Position numbers and translations under genes: made by a program. Under the pieces are notes generated by a model, which had not been told where the DNA came from, did no database searches, and saw nothing but the letters and a program-made list of their open reading frames with translations. From Acidimicrobiaceae bacterium (GTDB lineage Bacteria; Actinomycetota; Acidimicrobiia; Acidimicrobiales; RAAP-2), in contig PKWW01000027.1 of NCBI GenBank assembly GCA_003132165.1, positions 3,312-67,311 of the forward strand: a DNA stretch of 64,000 nucleotides. Direction: 5' to 3'. The stretch's first letter is position 1, and the number at the start of each line of letters is the position of its first letter. Below are positions 1 to 10,102 of this stretch, piece by piece.

Positions 1-429
1 CCGCAAGAGCTGCGCGAGAAGGCCGAGGCCGACCCTGCGTCAGAACTCTTCATCCACCCCGAGTGCGGGTGCGCCACACCAGCGTTGTGGCTCTCGGGCA
101 CGGGAGACCTTCCCACCGAGCGAACCCACGTTCTCTCCACCAGCGGGATGCTCGAGCGAGCTCGAACGACCAAGGCTCCTTCAGTTCTGGTCGCCACCGA
201 GACTGGAATGCTGCATCAACTGCGCAAGGCCAACCCCACCATCAAGTGGTCGTCCGTGAACGAGAACGCCGAGTGCGCCTACATGAAGATGACGACGCGC
301 GAGGTCCTCCTCAATTGCCTGCGAGAGGGAACCACCGAGGTGGTCGTTGATCCGGGCGTCGCGAGCCGGGCTCGCCGCGCCGTCGAGGCAATGATTGCCG
401 TGGGAACGTCGTCAATGGTCGGCGAATGA
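1..429 (+). CDS. nadA: Quinolinate synthase, 3' part (gene starts before the window)
   Basis: Frame 1 is open from base 1: ...LFIHPECGC... and CAYMK motifs; directly upstream of nadB with an ATGA overlap. Confidence 0.93.
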   Translation, partial: PQELREKAEADPASELFIHPECGCATPALWLSGTGDLPTERTHVLSTSGMLERARTTKAPSVLVATETGMLHQLRKANPTIKWSSVNENAECAYMKMTTREVLLNCLREGTTEVVVDPGVASRARRAVEAMIAVGTSSMVGE

Positions 430-2066
430 ACGTCGCCCCTATCCGGTACCTTCCCTCAGCACTTCGTTCCTGGAGTCGCGAGACCGACGTCGTGATCATC
501 GGCGCCGGCGCGGCCGGACTAAGCGCGGCCCTCGACGCGTCAAGAAGCGGACACCGAGTGATTCTGGTGTGCAAGGGAAACCTCCGTGGAGGTTCGACTC
601 TGCACGCACAGGGCGGCCTCGCAGCAGTCATGGACAGCGACGACTCGCTCGGCGCCCACGTCGATGACACCTTGATCGCCGCCGCCGGGCTCGCGGACGA
701 GGCGGCGGTGCACCAACTGGTGGCGGCTGCTCCCAGCGTGATCCGTTACCTCGTCGAATTGGGCGCTCATTTTGATGGCGGTCCACTTGGTCTCGAAGGC
801 GGTCACTCGCACCGTCGAATCGTCCACGCGGGGGGCGACGCAATCGGTGCCGAACTCCATCGGGCACTGCGCGAGGCAGTACTCACCTCGGACGTCGAGA
901 TCATGGAGCACACCGCTGCCATCGACGTCCTGCGAAACAGCCGCGGTGAAGCGGTCGGTGTCATCGCGGGAAGGGTGGACCAAACGTTCCAGCAGCGACT
1001 GGACGTGGGGGTGATCGCCGCGTACGCCGTCGTCGTGGCCACTGGAGGCATCGGCCAGGCCTTCGCGTCTTCGACAAATCCGATGGAGGTCACGGGCGAC
1101 GGTCAGGCCCTCGCGCTGCGCGCGGGTGCCGAGCTGGCGGACATCGAGTTTGTGCAATTTCACCCGACCGTTCTTTACGTGCCCGGCCAACGAGGCCAGT
1201 CACATCTCATCACCGAGGCCATCCGGGGCGCCGGTGCCACCATTCTTGATGGCAACGGCATCCCGGTCATGCTGGGACACCACGAGCGAGGTGATCTCGC
1301 ACCGCGCGACGTCGTCTCGTTCACCATGTTTCAACGAATGCACTCACCTGGCGATCCTCTCCCCAATCTCTGGCTTGACGCACGAACCATCGGTGAAGCC
1401 CGATTGGAGAAGGAGTTCCCGACAACCCTTGAATTGTGCCGAAGTGCGGGCGTCGACCCGGTGAACGAACTCGTTCCCATCGCGCCGGGGGCCCACTACG
1501 CGTGCGGAGGCATTCGGGCCGACCTTGACGGAAATACTTCAGTTCGCGGACTCTACGCAATCGGGGAATCGGCATCGACCGGCGTGCATGGCGCCAATCG
1601 CTTGGCATCAAACTCTCTTACCGAGGCCGTCATCTCGGGGCGCCGGCTCGCACGGCAATTGGACACTGCGCTCGCGAGTCGCTCCGTTCGCTCGACGATC
1701 GCCGATTTCGTCGAGCCAACTCGCGGATTCGGCGTGGAACCGACGACTCGAGCGAGCTTGGCCAGCCAAATGTCCGCGAACGTTGGCGTAGTTCGCAGCC
1801 GATCCGGCCTCGAAGATGTGCTCGAGACCCTGGCCAGCACGCCGGACGGATCAGCGGCGGCAGTGGACCTGCCCACCCTTGAAGCGACCAACCTCCATAC
1901 GGTGTCCCTCCTCGTCGCCTACGCCGCATCTCTTCGAGAAGAGAGTCGCGGTTGTCATCGTCGAAGTGACTTCCCGAACGTTTCCGATGATTGGGGCCAA
2001 TCAATCTCCCTCCACGTCTTCGAGCATGACGTCGTCGCCCGAGTGGCAACCTTGGCCGACGCATGA
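426..2066 (+). CDS. nadB: L-aspartate oxidase
   Basis: GAGAAG FAD motif, LEGGHSHRRIVHAGGDA, QFHPT, HGANRLASNSL; lies between nadA and nadC. Confidence 0.96.
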   Translation: MNVAPIRYLPSALRSWSRETDVVIIGAGAAGLSAALDASRSGHRVILVCKGNLRGGSTLHAQGGLAAVMDSDDSLGAHVDDTLIAAAGLADEAAVHQLVAAAPSVIRYLVELGAHFDGGPLGLEGGHSHRRIVHAGGDAIGAELHRALREAVLTSDVEIMEHTAAIDVLRNSRGEAVGVIAGRVDQTFQQRLDVGVIAAYAVVVATGGIGQAFASSTNPMEVTGDGQALALRAGAELADIEFVQFHPTVLYVPGQRGQSHLITEAIRGAGATILDGNGIPVMLGHHERGDLAPRDVVSFTMFQRMHSPGDPLPNLWLDARTIGEARLEKEFPTTLELCRSAGVDPVNELVPIAPGAHYACGGIRADLDGNTSVRGLYAIGESASTGVHGANRLASNSLTEAVISGRRLARQLDTALASRSVRSTIADFVEPTRGFGVEPTTRASLASQMSANVGVVRSRSGLEDVLETLASTPDGSAAAVDLPTLEATNLHTVSLLVAYAASLREESRGCHRRSDFPNVSDDWGQSISLHVFEHDVVARVATLADA

Positions 2067-2965
2067 ACGAAAGGCTGCAAGAGAAGCTGGAGGTCGCGGG
2101 CATTGACTACGCAGAACTCGAGTCTCTGATAGACGTAGCTCTCGGCGAGGACCTGCGATTCGGACCCGATGTGACCAGTGAAGCGACCATCGCGCCCGAT
2201 CAGAAGGCTGAGGCCGAAGTGGTGGCTCGCCAATCTGGCATTGTGTGCGGACTCCTCGTTGCCATAGCTGTCCTTGAGGCCGTCTCGTTTCCGCTCGCAG
2301 GGGTGACTCCCGTACGCCAGGACGGCGACATCATCGCACTTGGCGATTCCGTGCTGCACCTGTCGGGACCGCTTCGTCCACTGCTCTTGGCAGAACGAAC
2401 GATGTTGAACTTCATGACTCACATGTCGGGGATCGCCACCGCAACGAACGCTTGGGTCCGTGCTCTTGAGGGCACTCACTGTGAGGTTCGAGACACCAGA
2501 AAGACTACGCCAGGGCTTCGCCAATTGGAGAAGTACTCCGTTCGATGCGGTGGTGGGACCAACCATCGAATGGGCCTCGGCGACGCTGCTCTCATCAAGG
2601 ACAACCACATCGCCGCCGCGGGGGGCATCACGAAAGCCATCGCGGCGATTCGCTCATCCAATCCGACTATCGTCCTTGAGGTCGAGTGCGACACGCTTGA
2701 TCAAGTCCGCGAGGCAGTGGACGCCCAGTGCTCACTCATCCTCCTCGACAACATGGACACCGACACGATTGGGGCTGCCGTAGCCATCGCTCGCCGGTCA
2801 CCTACAACGCAAGTTGAAGCCAGCGGGGGGATGACCATTGAACGCGCACGTTCGGTTGCAGAGGCGGGTGTTGATTACATTGCGGTTGGCTCGCTCACCC
2901 ATTCAGTGGTTGCACTCGACCTTGGACTCGACATGGCATCCCCAGCGCCGAACTTTGATTCGTAA
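2063..2965 (+). CDS. nadC: Nicotinate-nucleotide diphosphorylase (carboxylating)
   Basis: DTRKTTPGLR, NHRMGL, LIKDNH, LLDNM and EASGG motifs; ATGA overlap with nadB. Confidence 0.97.
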   Translation: MNERLQEKLEVAGIDYAELESLIDVALGEDLRFGPDVTSEATIAPDQKAEAEVVARQSGIVCGLLVAIAVLEAVSFPLAGVTPVRQDGDIIALGDSVLHLSGPLRPLLLAERTMLNFMTHMSGIATATNAWVRALEGTHCEVRDTRKTTPGLRQLEKYSVRCGGGTNHRMGLGDAALIKDNHIAAAGGITKAIAAIRSSNPTIVLEVECDTLDQVREAVDAQCSLILLDNMDTDTIGAAVAIARRSPTTQVEASGGMTIERARSVAEAGVDYIAVGSLTHSVVALDLGLDMASPAPNFDS

Positions 2966-3200
2966 CCGGAAGTAGAACGACTCGAATCGAGAGGGAGCGG
3001 AGAATTTTGTGCCTCGCTTCCATGAGTCTTCGCTAACTGTCACAATGTCCGGCAATGACCGGTCGTCACAACAAATGCTTCACTCAAACGGTGAGATCAG
3101 AGCGCGCAAGGAATCGAGGCGGAACGGGACGCAGAGTACCAATGACGGTCTCCACGATGGTGTCCTTGATCAGAAGCCATCCGACCTCTGCATCGAACGA

Positions 3201-3280
3201 GGTTCCATTGCCGGAACGTAGGATCGATAGGTGCGTACCGCCTTTTAAGGTGGCGACGGGTTCCAATCCCGTTGGGATAC
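3201..3280 (+). pseudogene. Degenerate tRNA-Glu(UUC)-like element
   Basis: T-arm ACGGG-TTCCAAT-CCCGT; anticodon-like arm CCGCC-TTTTAA-GGTGG; acceptor-like GGTTCCA/TGGGATA pairing 6 of 7; D-arm broken. Confidence 0.45.
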
Positions 3281-3305
3281 TCGCGAAACGAAAGTCGGCA
3301 ATCGC

Positions 3306-3818
3306 ATGACCATCTGTGCACGATGTCACGTCGAGACACCAGCTTCGCCCAATTTCTGTCCGGCGTGTGGCGCCGATTTTTCATCCAGTTGTGCCGCTAC
3401 CTTACGGTCGTGGGTCTTCCTTACCCTGGCCATCGCATGGTCCGTGTTAACGATTGGCGTGTGTCTCGCTTACCACGCGCCAGAACCGTTGGGAGTACTG
3501 TCGATGACGATCAACGGGCACACCTACACGGGCAACCCGCCCGCACTCACGTTGTACCAACGTGACTCCGTCTCATTCTTCAACATCGTATTCGTCCTCG
3601 CGGCTGGATTGTTCGTCACGACGCTCGACCTCTCCCTTCGCACTCTTCGCCATTCTCGTCGGACCTGCGGTGGCGCGCTCGCCGCTGGCGCCGGTCTGCT
3701 CGTCGTATCGATCCTTGGATTGCTTCTCGGACTTGCGTCGGTCGGAGTGGTGGGATTCCTGCTCATCATGGCCGGGCTATCAATCAAACAAAAGGCTTCG
3801 ACTGCCAAGGCAAAGTGA
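3306..3818 (+). CDS. Zinc-ribbon membrane protein, function unknown
   Basis: N-terminal CARC...CPACG followed by about four hydrophobic segments. Confidence 0.75.
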   Translation: MTICARCHVETPASPNFCPACGADFSSSCAATLRSWVFLTLAIAWSVLTIGVCLAYHAPEPLGVLSMTINGHTYTGNPPALTLYQRDSVSFFNIVFVLAAGLFVTTLDLSLRTLRHSRRTCGGALAAGAGLLVVSILGLLLGLASVGVVGFLLIMAGLSIKQKASTAKAK

Positions 3819-3876
3819 CCCGTTCGCTTACGCGGGTACTTCCAATTTGACGATCAATCGTGGGGCGCACCGCGAT

Positions 3877-4053
3877 CTAGTGATGCAACGATTCAGTTGG
3901 TCGGACCTCGTGCGGCAGCGGACTTTCGAGTTGGTCGAGGTACTTGATTGCGGTGATCATCGTCTCGACGAAACGATCGGCGAGGTCCGTCCAGAGACCG
4001 TTACGAACCACTATTCGCCGCATTGTGAGACTCGAGAGATCTAGCGGCATCGG
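3877..4053 (-). pseudogene. Glutamate decarboxylase C-terminal remnant
   Basis: Reads PMPLDLSSLTMRRIVVRNGLWTDLADRFVETMITAIKYLDQLESPLPHEVRPTESLHH*, resembling actinobacterial GadB tails (MP..DL.V.RIVVRNG...FHH); in-frame stop just upstream; absent from the ORF track. Confidence 0.55.
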
Positions 4054-4202
4054 GCAACAAGTCGCTGATCAAGAACCAATCTCACGCGAATGTTCTCACT
4101 TCTTCGCGCCCTTACCAGCAGCGCACATCAGCTCCACGTCAATGAACTCCGTTGCCACTATCTCCTCATGGCGAGTATCGGTCATACTCTCGGTGCCCAT
4201 TC

Positions 4203-5768
4203 CTAGATCGCCCGGCCGGTCCCTTCCCAGTACGGATCACGCAGAAGCCGCTTGTAAAGTTTCCCCGTCGGTGATCGTGGCAGACGCTCCTCGAAGTCGA
4301 TCGACCTCGGAACCTTGTAACCGGCAAGGTTCCGTCGAACGAAGGTCATGAGTTCGGTAGCCAGCTCCGGTGAACCGATGACGCCCTCGACGAGTTCGAC
4401 CGCGGCCTTCACCTGTTCGCCCATCTCCTCGTCGGGTACTCCGAAGACTGCGGCGTCCGCAACTGCGGGGTGGGTGACGAGCACGCCTTCGATCTCTGCG
4501 GGATAGATGTTGACACCGCCGCTGATGATCATGTCGATCTTGCGGTCACTCAGGAACAAGTAACCTTCGTCGTCCAGGTATCCAACGTCACCGATCGTGC
4601 CGACGCCGGGTGCGAGATGGGCGGCCTCGGTCTTCTCCGTCGCCTTGTTGTACGAGAAGTCGGCCCCGCCGAGGCTCCGAAAGTAAATCTGGCCCACTTC
4701 TCCGGGCCCGCACGGCTGTTGGTGATCGTCAACAATCGTCACCTCGAAACCCTTCACGGGCTTGCCTACGCTCCCTGGGCGCTCCAGCCACTCAGGGCCG
4801 TGGATTACTGTGAGGAACCCGCTCTCGGTCCCGCCGTAGTACTCAGTGATCACCGGTCCCCACCAGTCGAGCATCTGCTGCTTCACCTTCAAGGGGCACG
4901 GCGCCGCGCCGTGTATCACCGATACGAGCGATGAACCGTCGAAGATCTCACGCGTCGCTTCGGGCAACTTGAGCAATCGACTGAGCTGCGTAGGAACGAG
5001 ATGGGTGTTGGTGACCCGGTGACGGTCAACCAACGTCAACAGCGAAGCCGCGTCGAAGTGCTGGCGCATCACGCAGGTGCTGCCGAGCGCCAGAAGCGGG
5101 TACAACGACAGCGCGAGTTGCGCCGAATGATAGGCGGGACCATCCAGCAACGTCACACCTTCGGCCGGAATCTGCAGGACCGAGCTGACACCGATTCCGA
5201 GAAGCTTGACGAGCGCTAGGTCGTTACCCGTGGCATTGAGGCCTGAGCGAACACCCTTGGGAAATCCAGTAGTACCCGAGGTGTAAAACATTGGACCGCC
5301 GCTCGCCTGATTATCGGGCTCGTCAGTGGGTTGATCCGCAATCACGTCCTCGTAGTTGAGAAAACCCGGTAACTCGCGCTCGCCAATGATGATCTTGGTG
5401 GTGCAACCGCTTGTCTGCGGGTCGAGGCACGCTTCGCGGGCCGCGTCGGCGAACTGGTCCTCGACGAAGAGCACCTTGGCGTCGCAGTCCGCGAGTACGT
5501 AGGCCAGCTCCCTGCTGACCCAGTGCCAGTTCACTGGGACGAACACCAACGAGGTGTGGGCCGCCGCCGCGGCCACCTCGAAGAACTCACGACGATTGCC
5601 CGACATTATGGCGACGGTGTCGCCCGGTTGCACACCAGTTGCTCGCAACAGATGAATCACCTGGTTGACCCGATCATTGAACAGCGACCACGTCGTCGCA
5701 CCCTGCTCATCGATGACCGCGATCGCCGACCCCTTTCGATCGACGACGTCCATAATGAGTTGCGCCAT
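4203..5768 (-). CDS. Acyl-CoA synthetase (AMP-binding, FadD4-like)
   Basis: [39 protein letters not shown] and TGKLYKR motifs. Confidence 0.92.
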   Translation of the reverse strand: MAQLIMDVVDRKGSAIAVIDEQGATTWSLFNDRVNQVIHLLRATGVQPGDTVAIMSGNRREFFEVAAAAAHTSLVFVPVNWHWVSRELAYVLADCDAKVLFVEDQFADAAREACLDPQTSGCTTKIIIGERELPGFLNYEDVIADQPTDEPDNQASGGPMFYTSGTTGFPKGVRSGLNATGNDLALVKLLGIGVSSVLQIPAEGVTLLDGPAYHSAQLALSLYPLLALGSTCVMRQHFDAASLLTLVDRHRVTNTHLVPTQLSRLLKLPEATREIFDGSSLVSVIHGAAPCPLKVKQQMLDWWGPVITEYYGGTESGFLTVIHGPEWLERPGSVGKPVKGFEVTIVDDHQQPCGPGEVGQIYFRSLGGADFSYNKATEKTEAAHLAPGVGTIGDVGYLDDEGYLFLSDRKIDMIISGGVNIYPAEIEGVLVTHPAVADAAVFGVPDEEMGEQVKAAVELVEGVIGSPELATELMTFVRRNLAGYKVPRSIDFEERLPRSPTGKLYKRLLRDPYWEGTGRAI

Positions 5769-5889
5769 GATCCCCCCTATCGATTCTGATTATTGCAGGT
5801 GCTCCGCCCAACGGGCCATGTCGGGAGCCAGCGCGTACGAGGTGCGGCGACTCTCGATTGGATGCGCACTCGCTGACGAGCGAACAGCG

Positions 5890-6771
5890 CTACGAGCGCC
5901 GCATCATACGGCCGAGCTTTCGCAGAGGCCGAGGAATCATCCGCTTGAGGAGGTCCAGCTCTGAGCGCAGCTCGGCGATTTCTGCGACCTGGGCGTCGTA
6001 GTGCGTCTGCAGCGCACCATTACGACGCGTCGCATCGCGAAGCTGATCGTTCAATTCGATGAGGTCCTTCGAGAGATTCTCGAGTGCGCTCGTATCATTG
6101 TCGCGTACTGCCTTTACGACGAACTGATAGGTCTCGGCTTCGCGTTCGACGAGGGCGGCCTTGAGTACTTGGTCATCGACATCGCCAGCCTCGACCCCGA
6201 TCTCAGTGGTAAAGACCGGTGCAGTCGCACGACAGAACTCCACCGGAGCCAAGCCCGCCTCGCGAAGTAGATCGAGCAGTGTCTCCTTCGTGAAGAAATG
6301 GACGTGGGTGCGGTCCAATAGTCCGGAGTCGGCGTAGGGGAACTCGCCGTTCAAGAGGGCGATCTTTATGTCCGCGTGGGCGATATTCGGCACCGAGACC
6401 ACGACTGTTCCTCCGGGTTGAAGGTACTGCAGCGACTTGCGCAGCGCTGCCAAAGGATCCCTGAGGTGTTCGAGCACGTCGCCGAACACAATCACGTCGA
6501 AGAATTCACCATCCAACTGGTCCCATACCTCGACGTCCTCAAGGTTCCCAACCACGATTCGTTCCAACCACTGCTTCGCGGATTCAGCTGCAATCGGATC
6601 GATTTCGACGCCAACCACGCGGCACTCGCGCGCTTTCAGAGCCTTACTCACGTGACCCGACGAGCAACCCGCTTCGAGCACCCTCTTGTTGAAACCCACC
6701 ATTCGAAGGATCAGGGAGTGTGAGTTGTTCTCGTCGTCCGGATTCACCTCAACGTGATAGTGGGAAAGCAT
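5890..6771 (-). CDS. Class I SAM-dependent methyltransferase with C-terminal coiled coil (type often linked to glycan modification)
   Basis: VLEAGCSSG motif I, FDVIVFGDVLEHL, LLDRTHVHFF; heptad-like tail. Confidence 0.85.
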   Translation of the reverse strand: MLSHYHVEVNPDDENNSHSLILRMVGFNKRVLEAGCSSGHVSKALKARECRVVGVEIDPIAAESAKQWLERIVVGNLEDVEVWDQLDGEFFDVIVFGDVLEHLRDPLAALRKSLQYLQPGGTVVVSVPNIAHADIKIALLNGEFPYADSGLLDRTHVHFFTKETLLDLLREAGLAPVEFCRATAPVFTTEIGVEAGDVDDQVLKAALVEREAETYQFVVKAVRDNDTSALENLSKDLIELNDQLRDATRRNGALQTHYDAQVAEIAELRSELDLLKRMIPRPLRKLGRMMRRS

Positions 6772-6922
6772 GACTGGAATCTAACGCACGAGCGCTGTGG
6801 TGCCCCATGTGAATATTCATACTGCTCATCGATCCAGAATTGCTGTCCCGGTAAGGCCTGCCCATTCCGAGGCGCACAGATCAGTCCCTCCTCGAAGATG
6901 GCGGACTCGGGAAATCCATTCG

Positions 6923-7368
6923 GCGGTGTTCGGTGGTGTCATCGCGTTGACGTTGGCCGTTCTCACCTTCACCAGTCCGTGACGTCCTGAGTCGAACACT
7001 CGACTGGCAAGGCGATCCTCTCCAGCTCTATTTGCTGTGACGCGACGTGTCGCCAAAACCGACAATCAGCGCTACCGCTCGAAAATGGGCGAACTCGTGT
7101 CATCGGATGTCGCCATGCGGCTCTTGAACAGGAAGTCAAAACTGAGTCGACCGGCCCCGAGGCACACGACGATGAGCGCCAACGCCGCGAGCGCCAAGTT
7201 CAACTCGTAGCCCGTCCTTGGTGGTGCGGCGTGAATTCCATTGGCCCACGTGACCGTGACCATGGCCATCATCATGTCGAGGAACAAGGCCATCCCGGCC
7301 AGACGCGTGACCAATCCGAGAGTGAGTGCGACGCCACCGCCAAACTCGATGACACCACCGAACACCGC
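6923..7368. repeat. 22-bp perfect inverted repeat pair (6923-6944 and 7347-7368)
   Basis: GCGGTGTTCGGTGGTGTCATCG at 6923 is the exact reverse complement of 7347-7368 inside doxX. Confidence 0.9.
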
Positions 7369-7608
7369 AAAGAATCCTCCGGGATGAAGGTGCGCGGTAT
7401 CCGCAAAGAACAGGGCAGTCTGGTGCAGTCCGGGGCCATTGAACGCCCCGAAAAGTTTGCCCGCTCCGTAGTAGATGAAGACCCACGCGAGGGCGAGGCG
7501 CGCGCCCGCGAGCGCGATATCGGCCGGTATCGACGGATTACGACTCTCCAACACAGTGATGAAGAACGTGCGCGCTCTGCCCCGATCTCGAGGCTCTTCT
7601 CTCAGCAT
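7072..7608 (-). CDS. DoxX family membrane protein
   Basis: ARLALAWVFIYYGAGKLFG, EFGGG..L.LGL.TR, GYELNL; start overlaps the desaturase stop. Confidence 0.88.
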   Translation of the reverse strand: MLREEPRDRGRARTFFITVLESRNPSIPADIALAGARLALAWVFIYYGAGKLFGAFNGPGLHQTALFFADTAHLHPGGFFAVFGGVIEFGGGVALTLGLVTRLAGMALFLDMMMAMVTVTWANGIHAAPPRTGYELNLALAALALIVVCLGAGRLSFDFLFKSRMATSDDTSSPIFER

Positions 7609-8729
7609 TCGCCAACCCCGGCATCAGCGTGCGCCGCCCGATCAGTGTCGTTACGCGCTCTCTGTTCGAGTTGCCGCTCGCTCGAGTACGCGCGGTCTGC
7701 GCCGGCGGGTGATACCCAGGGATCGCTGCCTTCGCCGATGGGGCGAAAGGGCGCGACGAGTTGGGCGGCGAAGACCCTGAGATGGCGCGGTCGGTCCCCC
7801 GCCTGTTCGACCATGAGTGGGCGCCCCGCGAGGCCCGTATCGATGCGGATGGTCTCGGACGTCGGGAAGAACGCACGATGCGAGAGCTGGTCCCAGATCG
7901 TCAACGCGAAGCCGAGATTCACGTCCTGCGGTCCGTCGAGGCGGTGGTGGATGCGGTGATAATTCGGGCTCACGAATAAACGACCAAGCGGTCCGAAGCC
8001 CAGATTCGTGTTCGAGTGGGCGAACGCGACCACGCCGGCGTACGCGACCAGCAACGCCGTCGTCACCGCCCCGTTGGCGAGCAGCACCGTGCCCGGAATC
8101 AGGGCGATCAGGTAGGAGACGTGAATCAGCGGGTGCGTGCGAAAGACGGTCAGCACGCTCATGTCCTCTTGTGAGTGATGCACCTCGTGGAACCGCCAGA
8201 GCACGCGCACCCTGTGGTTCGCCAGGTGCGCCAACCAATTACAGCCGTCCATCGCCACGAAGATCAGAGCAATGACGATCCAACGCGGCATCAGGCCGAG
8301 CCTCGGCATGACCACCCACGGCATTGTCGTGCGGGCCACTTCGGAAAACGAAAGGGTGAGCGCCACGACCAGTGGCGCGACCAGCGTGGCGTTCAGCACG
8401 GTGAAGAGAAGGTCATGACGGTAGCCACGCGCGAAAGGCGATCGGCGCTGTGCCGGGCGTAGACGTTCGACCATGAGGAAGACACCGAGCAAGAGGAGGG
8501 TCACCGGACCAACTGCGACAACACGCAGACTCGTCATCGCACCAGCGAAGCTCGCCCCTCCCCACCGGCTGGCCAGTCCGATCGCAGTCAGCGTGACCGC
8601 AACGGCCATGATCGAAAATGCTGGCAAATAGAGCCGTGACGCCAACGCACGTGCCATCGTACGAACGCGCCGCACGCGCGGAGCAACGAGCAATTCTGTA
8701 CGAACCGAAGTCACGACTGCTGTTGACAT
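7602..8729 (-). CDS. Sterol desaturase / fatty acid hydroxylase family protein
   Basis: His boxes HLANH, HEVHHS and YHRIHH; membrane segments. Confidence 0.88.
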   Translation of the reverse strand: MSTAVVTSVRTELLVAPRVRRVRTMARALASRLYLPAFSIMAVAVTLTAIGLASRWGGASFAGAMTSLRVVAVGPVTLLLLGVFLMVERLRPAQRRSPFARGYRHDLLFTVLNATLVAPLVVALTLSFSEVARTTMPWVVMPRLGLMPRWIVIALIFVAMDGCNWLAHLANHRVRVLWRFHEVHHSQEDMSVLTVFRTHPLIHVSYLIALIPGTVLLANGAVTTALLVAYAGVVAFAHSNTNLGFGPLGRLFVSPNYHRIHHRLDGPQDVNLGFALTIWDQLSHRAFFPTSETIRIDTGLAGRPLMVEQAGDRPRHLRVFAAQLVAPFRPIGEGSDPWVSPAGADRAYSSERQLEQRARNDTDRAAHADAGVGEC

Positions 8730-8754
8730 GATTCTCCCCCGGCTATCAACCTGG

Positions 8755-9291
8755 CTAGAACGAGACCCCTCCACTACTCGGGCTCGTTGTTGTTGTCGTT
8801 GTCGACGAACCGGACGTAACGGCGGCCTTGGTCACGACGACGGACCACTTTCCCCACGTGTCGGTCACGTTGCCGTTGACCTGGTCCGGGGCGGTGTCGC
8901 CGGCGAACCGGTAGAGGGCCTTACCGGCGTAGGTGACCTGGAGCGCACCTCCGGTGCGCCTGATGACCCCCAGCTTGGCGGCGCTGACGCCGCTGCCCGC
9001 AGTTGCCTTGGTCGCGCCTTTGGGCAAGAGGACCTCAGGCCACACCGCGAGGCAACTGGCCTTGCAGGCCGTCGCGCTGGGCTTCAGGCTATAGACCGTT
9101 TTCCCGCTGACCAGGATGGTCCCGTACTGGGTGGTCTTTAGAGTTGCGACGACGACACCCTTGACCGCGTGGCTCTTCGCAGCACCCGCCGAGTTGACCA
9201 TGACCGACGCGGACAACCCGCTGATCGTGATACACGCAACTCCCACGTATCGGAGCAGAATTCGACGCGACTTCCTCTTCTTCACAATCAT
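8755..9291 (-). CDS. Secreted protein of COG4315 / Yx(FWY)xxD repeat type
   Basis: Basic n-region plus hydrophobic signal peptide; C..SC...WP and QVTYAGKALYRFAGD motifs; Thr/Ser-rich tail. Confidence 0.8.
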   Translation of the reverse strand: MIVKKRKSRRILLRYVGVACITISGLSASVMVNSAGAAKSHAVKGVVVATLKTTQYGTILVSGKTVYSLKPSATACKASCLAVWPEVLLPKGATKATAGSGVSAAKLGVIRRTGGALQVTYAGKALYRFAGDTAPDQVNGNVTDTWGKWSVVVTKAAVTSGSSTTTTTTSPSSGGVSF

Positions 9292-9349
9292 CGCCACCTC
9301 AATTGCCTCCTCTGCAGCCTGCGCCGCGGTCTCTTCGTTCGTTCTAAGT

Positions 9350-9377
9350 GATACGGAGGGCCCGATGAAAAGGATCA
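9350..9377 (-). promoter_or_regulatory. Putative ECF sigma promoter for the secreted protein-desaturase-doxX operon
   Basis: Minus strand TGATCC-N17-GTATC, same layout as the site upstream of the sigma gene. Confidence 0.7.
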
Positions 9378-9421
9378 CGGGAACCAACCGAAATCTTGGA
9401 TATTCGCGAAACCACCGCCGA

Positions 9422-10102
9422 TCACACCGACAGACGGGCGCTTGCGATAACGGCACCATCGGCGGCCACGATTCGAGCGCTGCGAACCTGAGCGGCGCTC
9501 ACCGTCAAACGAGCCGCCCACGCGCTGTAGTCGCCAGACAGATTGAACCACCCGACCGTCAAAGTCTGGCCGTTGTTCAGCGTGACTTCGCAGGAAACGT
9601 CGCCCGACAACTTTGCGGAATCGACAGTCACGAACATCCACGTAGGCTGATCAGTGGAAATGACTACTTGGCCCATGACCCGTCCGTTCGAGGTGAGTTG
9701 AGCCAGGGCTGGAGCGGCTGCGACGGACCGATTGGGGCTTCCCGTCCCGTTGTTCGAGACAAAGACACCTACGCCGAAGCCGAGAACGGCGACGAGCACG
9801 GCCGCTATCGCGAATGCGCTCACTCGTCGAAATCGTCGTGACCGGTCTCGCTGAGCTGCCTCGCGAAGTTTCTCTGAAAGACGTGACTCAAATCCCAGGG
9901 GCGGCTCAATCTCGGGCGTCAGCATCAATAGCGTGTCCGCTGCGGTCGACAGCGATTCAAGTTCCGCCCCGCAGTGGGCGCAGGACTCGAGGTGATCGAG
10001 GACCTCGGCTCTTTCGCGGCCCGCAAGGATTCCGAGCGCGAGTTCGGCGAGATCATCCTGAACCATCTGACACTTATCTGGGTCTCGCGTGTACTGGCTC
10101 AT
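9422..10102 (-). CDS. Membrane-anchored zinc-finger (ZAS) anti-sigma factor
   Basis: HLESCAHC (HxxxCxxC), one TM helix, extracytoplasmic domain; ATGA overlap with the sigma stop. Confidence 0.88.
   Translation of the reverse strand: MSQYTRDPDKCQMVQDDLAELALGILAGRERAEVLDHLESCAHCGAELESLSTAADTLLMLTPEIEPPLGFESRLSEKLREAAQRDRSRRFRRVSAFAIAAVLVAVLGFGVGVFVSNNGTGSPNRSVAAAPALAQLTSNGRVMGQVVISTDQPTWMFVTVDSAKLSGDVSCEVTLNNGQTLTVGWFNLSGDYSAWAARLTVSAAQVRSARIVAADGAVIASARLSV

Noticed and set aside
3237-3253. Reading the tRNA-like relic as tRNA-Lys(UUU) because of the CTTTTAA loop
   Set aside because: With that 7-nt loop only 2 of 5 stem pairs form; the Glu-like register pairs all 5.
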